A stretch of 63,211 nucleotides of DNA, the filler included, from Octopus bimaculoides (lineage: Eukaryota): NCBI RefSeq assembly GCF_001194135.2. It is 3 parts of 3 records of this genome, joined end to end, with 100 filler letters (N's around TTAATTAATTAA, not from the genome) between each part and the next. Parts side by side here need not be neighbours in the genome. Positions count along the whole stretch, not along the records: positions 1 to 29,763 come from NC_068983.1; 2 more parts are not named here. The stretch is one strand, 5' to 3'. Every line of letters starts with the position of its first letter. Within the stretch, counting starts at the first letter, position 1. A model generated the notes under the pieces. The model worked only from the letters and a program-made list of their open reading frames with translations, did not search any database and had not been told where the DNA came from. Positions 12,040-23,716 of this stretch are shown here, piece by piece. The position numbers were made by a program, and so were the translations under genes.

Positions 12040-12285
12040 TCTGTCGTCCGGTGTTCATTTGTTTCGGTCCCCGTAACAAAACGGTCCGGAAAAATTATAG
12101 AAAAAGTGCGGACTACAGATAAATTGTAGGATTGGTTTGATCGACTAAATAATATTCTTTAAAGTAGTACCCCAGCATGGCCGCCGTTTAATGACTGAAA
12201 CAAGTGAAAGAATGAAGGTTTGTCACGACACACAGAGGTGCACCAGCATGACCGCAGCCACTTGGCTGAAACACATAAATAAATA
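12040..12285 (+). mobile_element. Decayed SINE tail fragments
   Basis: CCAGCATGGCCGCC..ATGACTGAAACAAGTGAAAG and CCAGCATGACCGCAG..GGCTGAAAC tail motifs. Confidence 0.65.
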
Positions 12286-12771
12286 AATAAATACATGGCA
12301 CAAAGACACGACACACAGACACACATGAGTGTAAGGTATGGCAGGAATAACATATCTAAACAGATATACAGATGCATGTATGCAGAAGTGAGTGCAGTTC
12401 TGGTTATAAATATTAATGGCTGCACCATTGTTATAAAGCAGGTGAGATGTATACAAAGATCTGGCAGGTAGTTCTAACAGAAGCAACGTTTATTGAGGAA
12501 TGTGGCTTCAATTAGCTTCAGCTGAACCTGAATACAATTGGTAGAAACAGATTGAAATAATAAGAGTAATTAATTTAATGAAGCAGCAAAGGTAAAGAGG
12601 AAAGGCAAGGTAATACTGTAGAGACTCTAATTGAAGGGTTGTGTGAGGTGGGGTGGGTTGTTTGATGTGTTTAAGGAATAGAAATGTTTGGAATGTGAAA
12701 AATGTTGAAATAATGGACTCTGGATAAATGTAGGAGCATCTGCTGTAACAACAGCACCTGCAACCATTGAA

Positions 12772-12826
12772 ACTACTACTACTACTACTGCTACTACTGC
12801 TACTACTGCTGCTGCTGCTGCTGCTG

Positions 12827-12880
<54 letters not shown>

Positions 12881-12882
12881 TA
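12772..12882. repeat. (TAC)n/(TGC)n trinucleotide microsatellite
   Basis: Direct observation; source of the poly-L and poly-S ORFs. Confidence 0.95.
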
Positions 12883-14169
12883 CTTTGAAATTACTCTCTT
12901 AAAAGGGGGTGACAATACATACATTATTGTAAAGATAGTAGCAACATTCTTAGTATACAAAATGTTGGGATGTTGTCGGCTAGAACATCTTCGATATGTT
13001 TTCGATTACAGCCGAGCCGGGCTAAACAAGCACAATCGCAACATCTATACCTCTTATCACTCCCACCACTACCATTAGCAATACTTGCAAAACTGCATTC
13101 AGTTTATTTTGAGAATCCGGGGGCGAGATCCGTGGCATTCTTCAAAAGGTTGAATAATTTCCCAGAATGCTCATATCTGCATTAGATTCTTAGATAAGAT
13201 CTTCACTTATGTTTACGCATATGGATATGTTTTTTCTTTTAAATTTCAATTATACTTTGTAAGGCTTCATAAAATGAAATATAAATGTGGAATATTAAAA
13301 GAGAAGTATAAATGCTACGTGGAAGAGATAATATATTTTAATTTTTATTTTCTTATAAGTGAAAATGTTTTAATTTTAGAGAAGCAAAAAGAATACTGGA
13401 TTCAAAGGGAATCACTCATATGACCTTCTGAGATCCAGCAGCTATGAAGATTAAAATAACTCAACGGATTAAAGAAATCACAAAATTTCCAAGGATTGGA
13501 TTGGCACTACTAAATCTGTCAGACGCCACAAAGAAGTTTTAAGCATTTCATTTTAACCAACGCCTTCTTTAAGACTAAATTCCTCTACAAACACCCTATT
13601 TAGAGATTATGCTTCCTGTCGGATCTCCTCAATATCCAAAGGTCCCAGATTTCCTAGGCATCAAAGAAATATGTCAGCCGTGTATAATAAAATTACACGA
13701 AAATTACTCAGAAATTCATTTGCATATTATTAGCTCTACTTATCAATATTTCTGGCATGAACTCAAATGATCTGTTGTAGGAAACAACGGTTAAGGGAAA
13801 AATTTGGCTGGAAAAACGCTGCCAGAGATGATTAGAGAAAGGCTTTAGCGACGATCGACTGGGTTCGAATCCAGACGTCATCGTGGAGAGTAATCTCTCT
13901 CATATCGAGGATTATGCAGGGTTTCTAAAAAATCTTTATTTTGCCAGTACTGTTCCCAATATATACCGGTAGGAAATTCCTGGTACAGATTTCGTTAGAG
14001 TACTCTGAAATAAATCCAAGGCTCCACTTCTTAAGATTTTATTCATGTTTTCCAAAGGAAGAATTATTTAGACAATTGTCATCTCTGACTTGCATTATCT
14101 TCACATTTGTATGTTGGCATATCTGTGTTTCGCGACAAAACATTTTAAATAAAAATAGTTCCCGGTGTT

Positions 14170-14830
14170 TCTAAATATGTGGTTGAGTTTGTGTGTTGGT
14201 TGAACTGTCGATGCATTCAGCCACAACAAAGTATGGGCGTTTATTCACCTAAAGAATCTCAGATGGAGAATCTTTGGGATAAGATTTCATTTGGAGCTTC
14301 CGCATTAGTTTCTTTTCCTCTTTCTTCGAAAAACCTAACATTTCTAGGTTTTTGTGAAAATTCGTTGGTACATACCCCAATGCACCTATGAGGATAGGTG
14401 CAAATGAGAATTCATTGTTAGGGTACGAGAGCTGTAAGATTCGCATTTATTCACTGTAAATGTTCTCTTTTTCTTGAATATTTGATCGTACATTCAAATC
14501 GACTGGGCAGCTAATCTCTTCAACAGTGCATGGCCTTTATTCCCTGTCTCACAGAACAATATCAGGTCTATTACGTTTGCACCGAAATACTGTTTTTATT
14601 GGAGTGTTCCACCAGTATTCTTTGTTTTTAAATGTGTGAATACTTGTTGGTTCTGACATGCCTTTGATGTATCCGTCATGACAATGCTTCCTGCTGATTT
14701 CATTGTAAATAAGTTTTGCAACTATATCATGTCTCAGCTGTATGTAGTATTTTGGGGCAGCAATAACCAGCATTTTCTATAACAACGTGGAGGTTTGGTG
14801 GTATATTTGTCTGTCTTGTTTATCAGGTGT
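14170..14830 (-). pseudogene. 3' fragment of an R4/Dong-like non-LTR retrotransposon (RHD, RPD and RLE motifs)
   Basis: YYIQLRHDIVAKLIYNEI...EYWWNTPIKT..CKRNRPDIVL*DRE..CTVEEISCPVDLNV..KENIY / LQLSYPNNEFSFAPILIGALGYVP..LEMLGF. These are the R4/Dong RLE motifs in the expected order, with stops and frameshifts. Confidence 0.8.
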
Positions 14831-14849
14831 TTTGTAGCTATATCCTGTT

Positions 14850-15435
14850 TATGAAGAGCAGAGACATGTCCTTCTCGGTGGGAGGTAATACATCTATCAT
14901 AGGCCTGGGAGAGGTTACTTTTCCTGTCAAAGTATGTCAGTATATACGCTGTTTCACGAAAAAGAATAGAAATGAATTATTTGATGTCATCATGGGAAGC
15001 CATGGTGGAGTAGATGTAGCGTATCTAGTTGGTCCCTACATTCAGCATATCGTTAACAATGAAATAAAAGTTGCCAGCATATATAGGGATGACAGGAGTA
15101 GTATGTAATAATGGTAGCGATATGGATTATATAAGAAAAATATGCAAAATATTTAGTAAACACAATTAGTAAAATACTACAATATTTAGTAAAAAAACTG
15201 CAATTTGCACTAATTTAATAAGATAATTTCCTCGATATTAATATGATTCCTGCTTTGAAAAGGTAAATAAAATACTCTCCATAAACCAAATAAGAATACC
15301 TCCTACATTAGTAGAAATCCTAACCATTCTCTACTAATAATCAAATAATTAGTTAATAACATTAATAAGTTTGTTTCCAGCATATCGTCTGATGAAGTAA
15401 TTCTCAAAAAGAAAGACATACATTACTGTGGTATG
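14850..15435 (+). mobile_element. Decayed Penelope-like RT fragment
   Basis: FDVIMGSHGGVDVAYLVGPYI..IYRDD (PLE RT motifs), then NFLDIN...NPNH..IIK..ISSDE (thumb region). Confidence 0.75.
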
Positions 15436-15735
15436 ACGTCAGCAACTGGGGAGCTCACCTCTGACCGGAACGGCGAGCTGACCGGAAGAGGAAAAAGGGC
15501 CGAGGGAGCCTCGATCGGGATTTCGTGCGCTTTTCGAACTGGGTTGTTGTGAGGAGAGGACGTGCCAAGCGATCGAATAGATGTTGGGAGAAGCAGCTGC
15601 TATTTCTAGTATTCTTCGGGTCGGGCCAGCTGCGAGGTTCGGATACCGCAGGTCAGACTGGTTCAAAGAAAGGAAAACCGAGGTAAGCCGATTACTTCTA
15701 CTCTCACGCATACACCACAATTACAACGTCGCATT
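15436..15735. other. GC-rich unclassified insert interrupting the Penelope relic
   Basis: Abrupt compositional shift with CpG-rich sequence between two AT-rich PLE segments. No motif recognised. Confidence 0.4.
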
Positions 15736-15789
15736 AGAAAATTTAACTTTAAGAACAATATTAACTATATCGAACAAAACGTAAATAGG

Positions 15790-16260
15790 TTAAAAAGATG
15801 TTGACATAGGAAAATATTATGGCATAATGGTCCATCAGCATGAATATGGCTAGAAATTATATGGCTAGAAAATTTCTGAAACTTATAGACACCCACTTCT
15901 AATACTCACATAAATATAACAAGATCTTTAATAAGAATAAGATAGAATTTAGCAATAGTTGCTCCCCAAGATAGGGTCTATGTTTTCACTCGCAATAAGA
16001 ATAATAAATTTAGTAACACTCTTCATAAACCTTGTAATTGTACATATTCCGATAACAGGCCTTTGAACAAAATGTGATTTGAAAAAGAACAAGGCTAATA
16101 TCACTGATTTGGGACGGGACCAAAAAAGAATTAGAGTAGAATGACTGGAGTTACTTTCAAGGAAAGGTCCACGCCACACTAAACTTCATTGAGCGTTAAG
16201 GACTAAAGATATGCAATATCTTTATCCGATATTTTATGAATATATAAAGACAAGGATATA
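15790..16260 (+). mobile_element. Decayed Penelope-like GIY-YIG region (continuation of the 14850 element)
   Basis: KPCNCTYSDNRPLN and GVTFKERS..H resemble CNCR...CPL...G.T...FKxR...H of PLE endonucleases. Confidence 0.5.
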
Positions 16261-17000
16261 GACAAATACCCTATAAACTGGAGCAACACAGCTAAGAGCA
16301 GGGGACGAAGTAGCATGTGCAACCTCTGTATCATAGAGAAATTCAACATAGTAACATCACCATTGAATATTGTGAACTTTAAGGATGAAACAGTTTTCTC
16401 TTGCATGTACACACAACAACTTAACTACAAAATTTCCAACGTCACTTCTCCTCCACTTTGCCACCAGGATAAATCCTGGACATCATTTACATATACAATA
16501 TGCATAATAGACAAATATTCGCAGGGATTCATGGTAGAATTCTAAATTGCACCGATAACGTATAGATGACACATATTCAAGATATTATCTGATTCTAAAA
16601 ATATATGAATTATAAATTTGCATATATATTTTTATGAACTAACAACAGTAGAGCCTAATTTGCGTTCAGAATCCGTGGAAATCCCCAAAATGATTAGATA
16701 CACGTACATCATCAAAACGCATATTGGATACATGGATCTATAAATATGGGCATAGGTAAGGTTTCTCGCATAATGTAATTAATCTAATTAATGTATGTAA
16801 TTAATGTATATTAAAATGTGTGGGAAGAAAAGTATAAAAGAAAAGTAAAGGAAGACTGTTAAGTGAAATGTGGTTAAGAAGAGAGTGAGTTCGGGAAAAA
16901 AGAGAGGAAAATTAAGACGTTGACATATNNNNNNNNNNNNNNNNNNNNNNNNNNNNNNNATATATATATATATATATAAGTATTGTAAAGTACTTAACCA

Positions 17001-17312
17001 GCACTCCATCATTTACGACGACGTGAGTTCGAGTTGATCCGATGAACGGAACAGCCTGCACGTGAAATTAACTTGCAAGTGGTTGAGCACTCCACAGACA
17101 CACGTACCCTTAGCGTAGTTCTCAGGGAGATTCCGAGTGACAGAAAGTGGGACAAGGCTGACCCTTTGAATTACAGGAACAATTTATTCTTACAAGTTGA
17201 GTGTATTGGAACAACGTGAAATAAAGTGTCTTGCTCAAGGACACAACGCTCCACCGGGAATCGAACTCACAATTGTGATCCGAAGACCCGAACCATTAAA
17301 CCACGTGCTTTT
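17001..17312 (-). mobile_element. tRNA-derived SINE (third family, with GTCCTTGAGCAAGACAC core)
   Basis: Reverse complement has a B-box (GAGTTCGATTCCCGG), the core TGTGTCCTTGAGCAAGACACTTTA and a tail ending ..TCGTCGTAAATGATGGAGTGC. Confidence 0.8.
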
Positions 17313-18598
17313 ACTCCAGAGTATTTACTTTGATACTGAATAACAACTGGAAGAAAGAGAAAGCGTTATCTCAGGTAAAACAAGAGATGGCATGCAATAG
17401 TATTTGGACTGCAGCTGCATTACTTAGTAAACAGAGACAGATGCATTATTGAGTCTCAGATTTATGGCAGAATATTCTGGTCAATTATTTCCTTATCGTC
17501 ATTATGTCTGCAACATTATTTAGAATTATGGACAGTTGAAATACATCTGATAACATCACTATATTCTCCATACATCTGCATTTCAAAGGAAATATATCAA
17601 CGAAGCAAACATAATGAGACACTGTAGTCAGAGGAATCTCTCCTTATATATATATATATATATNNNNNNNNNNNNNNNNNNNNNNNNNNNNNNNNNNNNN
17701 NNNNNNNNNNNNNNNNNNNNNNNNNNNNNNNNNNNNNNNNNNNNNNNNNNNNNNNNNNNNNNNNNNNNNNNNNNNNNNNNNNNNNNNNNNNNNNNNNNNN
17801 NNNNNNNNNNNNNNNNNNNNNNNNNNNNNNNNNNNNNNNNNNNNNNNNNNNNNNNNNNNNNNNNNNNNNNNNNNNNNNNNNNNNNNNNNNNNNNNNNNNN
17901 NNNNNNNNNNNNNNNNNNNNNNNNNNNNNNNNNNNNNNNNNNNNNNNNNNNNNNNNNNNNNNNNNNNNNNNNNNNNNNNNNNNNNNNNNNNNNNNNNNNN
18001 NNNNNNNNNNNNNNNNNNNNNNNNNNNNNNNNNNNNNNNNNNNNNNNNNNNNNNNNNNNNNNNNNNNNNNNNNNNNNNNNNNNNNNNNNNNNNNNNNNNN
18101 NNNNNNNNNNNNNNNNNNNNNNNNNNNNNNNNNNNNNNNNNNNNNNNNNNNNNNNNNNNNNNNNNNNNNNNNNNNNNNNNNNNNNNNNNNNNNNNNNNNN
18201 NNNNNNNNNNNNNNNNNNNNNNNNNNNNNNNNNNNNNNNNNNNNNNNNNNNNNNNNNNNNNNNNNNNNNNNNNNNNNNNNNNNNNNNNNNNNNNNNNNNN
18301 NNNNNNNNNNNNNNNNNNNNNNNNNNNNNNNNNNNNNNNNNNNNNNNNNNNNNNNNNNNNNNNNNNNNNNNNNNNNNNNNNNNNNNNNNNNNNNNNNNNN
18401 NNNNNNNNNNNNNNNNNNNNNNNNNNNNNNNNNNNNNNNNNNNNNNNNNNNNNNNNNNNNNNNNNNNNNNNNNNNNNNNNNNNNNNNNNNNNNNNNNNNN
18501 NNNNNNNNNNNNNNNNNNNNNNNNNNNNNNNNNNNNNNNNNNNNNNNNNNNNNNNNNNNNNNNNNNNNNNNNNNNNNNNNNNNNNNNNNNNNNNNNNN

Positions 18599-18657
18599 AT
18601 CTCACTCGTTCTCTCACTTTATCTCTCTCTCTGTCTCACTCTCGCTTTATATCACTC

Positions 18658-18688
<31 letters not shown>

Positions 18689-18940
18689 GTCTCTCTCTCC
18701 CTCGTTCTCTCGCTTTATCTCTCTCTCTGTCTCACTCTCGCTTTATATCACTCTCTCTCTCTGTCTCTCTCTATCTCACTCGTTCTCTCACTTTATCTCT
18801 CTCTCTGTCTCACTCTCGCTTTATCTCTCTCTCTGTCTCACTCTCTCTCTCTCTGTCTCACTCTCTCTCTCTGTCTCACTTTCTCTCTCTGTCTCACTCT
18901 CGCTTTATATCACACTCTCTCACGTTCTCTCACTCTTTCT
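18599..18940. repeat. CT-rich compound minisatellite
   Basis: Recurrent units CTCACTCGTTCTCTCACTTTATCTCTCTCT and GTCTCACTCTCGCTTTATATCACTCT. Confidence 0.85.
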
Positions 18941-19185
18941 CGGGGAGTAGGTGACATTTTTCAAATGGTTCCACATTTCCTCTCGGTTACATAAATACAG
19001 CTTTATATATTTACATGCGCACACACAAATACATTGTACACACCCACACACATGACTTACAGACATGTATGCATAACAATATTATACATGAATTTATGCA
19101 TGTGGAAATGCGTACTACTATGTGCTACATACACTCATATACGGGCAGAAATTTATCTATATATGTGTAGTGTGTATGCATAAAG

Positions 19186-19229
<44 letters not shown>

Positions 19230-20743
19230 TTTATTTCATGGTGCCATCCATTTTTATTTTATTTTATATTATATATTGTATATTATATTATATATTGTAT
19301 ATTCCATATTCTATACCCCACATTAGTTCTGCAGGAATATAAATAAAACATAAAAAACAGACAGTGTTGGAACTCTTTTAAGCAAAATAATATATTCCTC
19401 TATANNNNNNNNNNNNNNNNNNNNNNNNNNNNNNNNNNNNNNNNNNNNNNNNNNNNNNNNNNNNNNNNNNNNNNNNNNNNNNNNNNNNNNNNNNNNNNNN
19501 NNNNNNNNNNNNNNNNNNNNNNNNNNNNNNNNNNNNNNNNNNNNNNNNNNNNNNNNNNNNNNNNNNNNNNNNNNNNNNNNNNNNNNNNNNNNNNNNNNNN
19601 NNNNNNNNNNNNNNNNNNNNNNNNNNNNNNNNNNNNNNNNNNNNNNNNNNNNNNNNNNNNNNNNNNNNNNNNNNNNNNNNNNNNNNNNNNNNNNNNNNNN
19701 NNNNNNNNNNNNNNNNNNNNNNNNNNNNNNNNNNNNNNNNNNNNNNNNNNNNNNNNNNNNNNNNNNNNNNNNNNNNNNNNNNNNNNNNNNNNNNNNNNNN
19801 NNNNNNNNNNNNNNNNNNNNNNNNNNNNNNNNNNNNNNNNNNNNNNNNNNNNNNNNNNNNNNNNNNNNNNNNNNNNNNNNNNNNNNNNNNNNNNNNNNNN
19901 NNNNNNNNNNNNNNNNNNNNNNNNNNNNNNNNNNNNNNNNNNNNNNNNNNNNNNNNNNNNNNNNNNNNNNNNNNNNNNNNNNNNNNNNNNNNNNNNNNNN
20001 NNNNNNNNNNNNNNNNNNNNNNNNNNNNNNNNNNNNNNNNNNNNNNNNNNNNNNNNNNNNNNNNNNNNNNNNNNNNNNNNNNNNNNNNNNNNNNNNNNNN
20101 NNNNNNNNNNNNNNNNNNNNNNNNNNNNNNNNNNNNNNNNNNNNNNNNNNNNNNNNNNNNNNNNNNNNNNNNNNNNNNNNNNNNNNNNNNNNNNNNNNNN
20201 NNNNNNNNNNNNNNNNNNNNNNNNNNNNNNNNNNNNNNNNNNNNNNNNNNNNTATACATATATATATATCCATCCATGGATCGAGATGTAGGAAGAAAGT
20301 TAGCTTCAAGCAATCCATAGTAATTATAAAGAAAACAACGTCCAGGGACAATGAGGGTTTATTGAGACGGAAATTTGCAGAATTTTTTCGTAACGTTGTA
20401 CGTTAAAGAGAAAAAAGTTCCTTTTACATTTCACGATGCGAATAAGAATACAAGAGTTAAGGAATGGAGTAGGTAAGATCGGAGTTACATAAGCTTCATA
20501 GCGAGCAGAACCTCAGAAGTGGTAAATATCCAAGCGAGGTGTATACTACAGGCTACTCTTCAAGCCAAGGATATCTTGGATTAACTGAAAGTCTACATGG
20601 TCGCAAAGAAGTACATGTTAAAGCATGGAAGATTCAATTAGAATGTGTAGAGAGCAGAGAAGGAAAGGAGAATATAAATGTATAGAGAAATAAGGATTAA
20701 AAGAAGGAAAATGAAAAAAAAAATATAAGGGAGTGAGAGGAAG

Positions 20744-21100
20744 GAAGAATTTAAGCAAGGTCATTTGACCGGTAGTATACAGTGGGGCTGTTTTGGCCGA
20801 ATCACAGAAATTAGCAAGGGGAGTGGTATTTGAAAAAAAGATAATGTAGAGGAAAGAGGGTGGGGAAATATTTTTGATGAAGGAGGAGAAAGGAAGTGTG
20901 CATGAAGAAAGCAAGAGAAATTGAGGAATTTAAGTACGGTCATTCGACCAGTAGTATTCAATAGGGCTGTTTTTGCCGAAACACAGAAATTAGTAAGGGG
21001 AGTGGTATTAGAAAAAAATAATGTGGAGAGAAGAAGGTGGGGAAATATTTTTGATCAAGGAGGAGAAAAGATATATATGCATGAAAAAAAAAACAATAGA
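20744..21100. repeat. Two tandem copies of an approximately 178-bp unit in the PLE 3' region
   Basis: GAATTTAAG..GGTCATT.GACC.GTAGTAT..GGGCTGTTTT.GCCGAA.CACAGAAATTAG.AAGGGGAGTGGTATT occurs twice. Confidence 0.9.
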
Positions 21101-22884
21101 GAATGGGGAAGAATCGTGGCGGCTACTACTGGTTTTCAATTCAGTAATGTATATTGTGTGCGGTCAGCGTATGATGTAGGAGAGGTGCATGCTGGCGTAT
21201 ATACTTGTATGTTTGCAGGTAAAAACTATATTGCTGCGTTCATTAAGACAATCTGTGGATTGCAAAATATCTAAGGCATCGGCTATGCAGAGATCACACT
21301 TGTTATTATAGTTGCTGTATGTCTTGGCGTGGGTGACTACGGACCACTTGAGAGTGTAAGGCGTTGAATCAATCTTTAATGATAAGCTGAAATAACGAAG
21401 TACTGTTGGATCTTGCTTGGGACTTGAAACTAGACTAGCGGTTGCTTACTCTAGCTTTGAAGGTGGTGCTACATGAGCCGATATATATGTAGTTACAGTT
21501 GGCAGTTGAAAATGTCCACTTATAAATGATGGTTTTACTGAGACAGCGTTTATCTAAAGGACAGGAAGTTGGGCGTCTGAAGAAGCATAGCCTTGTAGGG
21601 GATGTTTTGGACGAACCCGTGAGGGTATTGCTATTTAGTGAGGAACCGGTGTTAGGTTCGTTATTACTGCTGGCGTTAGTATTTGTTAAGGAGCTGAGTG
21701 TGGTGTTGTGGGGTTATATAATATGTTAATTATCGTGCTCGGTGGTATCTTCTGTGTCGTTCTCTATTTGTGCAAGCGATATAGTTGGGGGTTGTGGTAA
21801 ATTTCAGGATCGGATGTTAATGGCAGAATTATAGTTGGAGTTGTTAAATGAGTCAGTTGGTGTTTGAGGCTTAAATGTATGAAGCTGAGGGCCATGTTAG
21901 GTTAATTTACTATGGTGGGGGTAGCTGGATGTGTTGTTGGTGGTGGAGTGATGGTGGAGCAATGTTGGTGGGGGTGGAGTAGGACAATTTTATTGATTGT
22001 AGGTTAAATATCTTTCTAACGGGGGATAGATTTAAGTAAATATTTTTCAAATAGGGTGAAGAAGAGTTTAGGTACTCGACTCTGAACATTAAGGGTGAAG
22101 TGGGGGTGGAGCCAAATGTCATCTGGGGTTTTTGTTCGTTTAATACGATTAGGGGTGTCAACTGGGTGGGGATAGAGTTTTGGAGGTGTACGCTCGTGTC
22201 TGTTTCGGTGAGTTGGGATGTATATAGGATTTGGGGTCATCTGGTAGGAGGGTCGTCTGTTACTCTGAAATTTGGACGGGTATTGGGATGGGATGGGGGA
22301 TTTTACATATACTATACTGGGGTGAGGAACTAGTTTCAGTTATGAGTTTAGTGGAGAGAGGAATATCCCACATGGGGATGTATTCGATTGAGTTTTCATA
22401 TCCGGCACGTTGGAGGGTAGAACTGTAATATTCAGCATATTGATCGAATAAATCCTTATTATCAGGCAGTGAGGAAATCCGGTAGGAAACGCTTTCCATA
22501 ATAGGTTTTAGGACGGAAGCGGGGTGGTAGGAAAAGTTCATGTAGTGGAAGTTTTCTCCAGGTATGTGGTATGGGTAGAAGGTTTAGTTTTGCAAGTCCA
22601 GGGTTACGTCCAAGAAATTAACAGTTTATCCTTGTTACAGAAGGAGATGATTTGGCCAAGGTTTTTAAAAAGATTCTTAATCTTTTTCTAATCTGTTCGA
22701 TTTTCTGGTTGCTGGAATTTTGGATTGCGAACAGAGCATTGTCTCTGTATAGACCACCGGAGATGTTAGGGAATTGATCATGGAGACCGTTAAGTATGTA
22801 ACATCATACAAAGTCCATAACTTAGGAGGAGTCACTGGCCCCCATGGGGATGTCGGAAAAATTGGGCGTATCTTTGCGGGTCCA

Positions 22885-22942
<58 letters not shown>

Positions 22943-23012
22943 GAGATTCAGTTGAATTGGGTACTTTCAATTAGTTGAAGCACCAAGTCAGTCCGGTAAT
23001 ATTCGCACAGGT

Positions 23013-23320
23013 AAGTGAGGTGAATGAAATCAAAATAAGCAACAGGATATCAAGCAGCGATGTAGTACGACCGTTTCAAGCGGCACCATTTAATTGCAAA
23101 ATGCAAACATTTCATCAATTTAAATATATATATAGGAGTTACAGAAAGGAGTAGATAAGATCCGGGATATATATGTTTCATAGCGAGCGGAACCTCAGGA
23201 ATGTTAAATATCCAAGCGAGGTGTATACTGCAGACTATTCCTCAGGCCAAGGTTATCTTCACTAAATGAAATTTTACATGGTCGCAAGGAGGTAAATGCT
23301 AACACATGGATACATATACA

Positions 23321-23356
<36 letters not shown>

Positions 23357-23560
23357 TAGCGACAGCATACATTTCTTCTATCTTTTTATTATAAAGTATT
23401 CGAGAAAACTTTTATTAATGTGTCCAACTGGTTAAAATTGTATTTATTTGTTTGTGCAGCTGCTGTAGGCATTGTTCAATTAAAGGGAGCGGCTTGAAAC
23501 GGTCGTACTGCATCACTACATGATATCCTGTTGCTTATTTTGATTTTATCCACCTTATTT
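23013..23560. repeat. Inverted repeat pair of about 83 bp (23013-23095 and 23478-23560)
   Basis: AATTAAA.GG.GC.GCTTGAAACGGTCGTACT.CATC.CT.C.TGATATCCTGTTGCTTATTTTGATTT on opposite strands. Confidence 0.9.
23061..23118 (-). ncRNA. Degenerate minimal hammerhead-ribozyme relic in the PLE terminal region
   Basis: Minus strand reads TTGATGA..(34 nt)..GAAA-CG-GTC. This is a CUGAUGA box with C3U and a minimal GAAACGGUC. Stems are poorly preserved. Confidence 0.3.
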
Positions 23561-23617
23561 CGAGCTGTAGCAACACAATTCCCTAATACATAAACCAATG
23601 AGGTTGTAGACTCAGTG

Positions 23618-23620
<3 letters not shown>

Positions 23621-23712
<92 letters not shown>
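23621..23712. repeat. (TG)n microsatellite
   Basis: Direct observation. Confidence 0.97.

Positions 23713-23716
<4 letters not shown>

Larger units (their letters stand above)
20450..23310 (-). mobile_element. 5'-truncated Penelope-like element with RT C-terminal half, GIY-YIG domain and terminal direct repeats (pseudo-LTRs)
   Basis: RT: DIPMGASDSS..GLYRDNALF..VNFLDVTLDL..FYPYH..YHPASVL..RISSL (22870-22440). Endonuclease: LDKRCLSKTIIYK..YIYIGSCSTTFKAR..LKWSVV..KCDLCIAE (21560-21270). Direct repeats of about 180 bp at 20452-20630 and 23133-23310. Many stops. Confidence 0.85.

Noticed and set aside
12508-13078. Poly-Ser and poly-Leu ORFs (also poly-F/K at 53.9 kb, poly-D/N/I at 42.4 kb)
   Set aside because: Translations of trinucleotide microsatellites with no other coding signal
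15385-15415. CTGATGAAG...GAAA suggesting a hammerhead
   Set aside because: It lies inside the PLE RT-thumb reading frame (SSDEVILKKK) and has no stems
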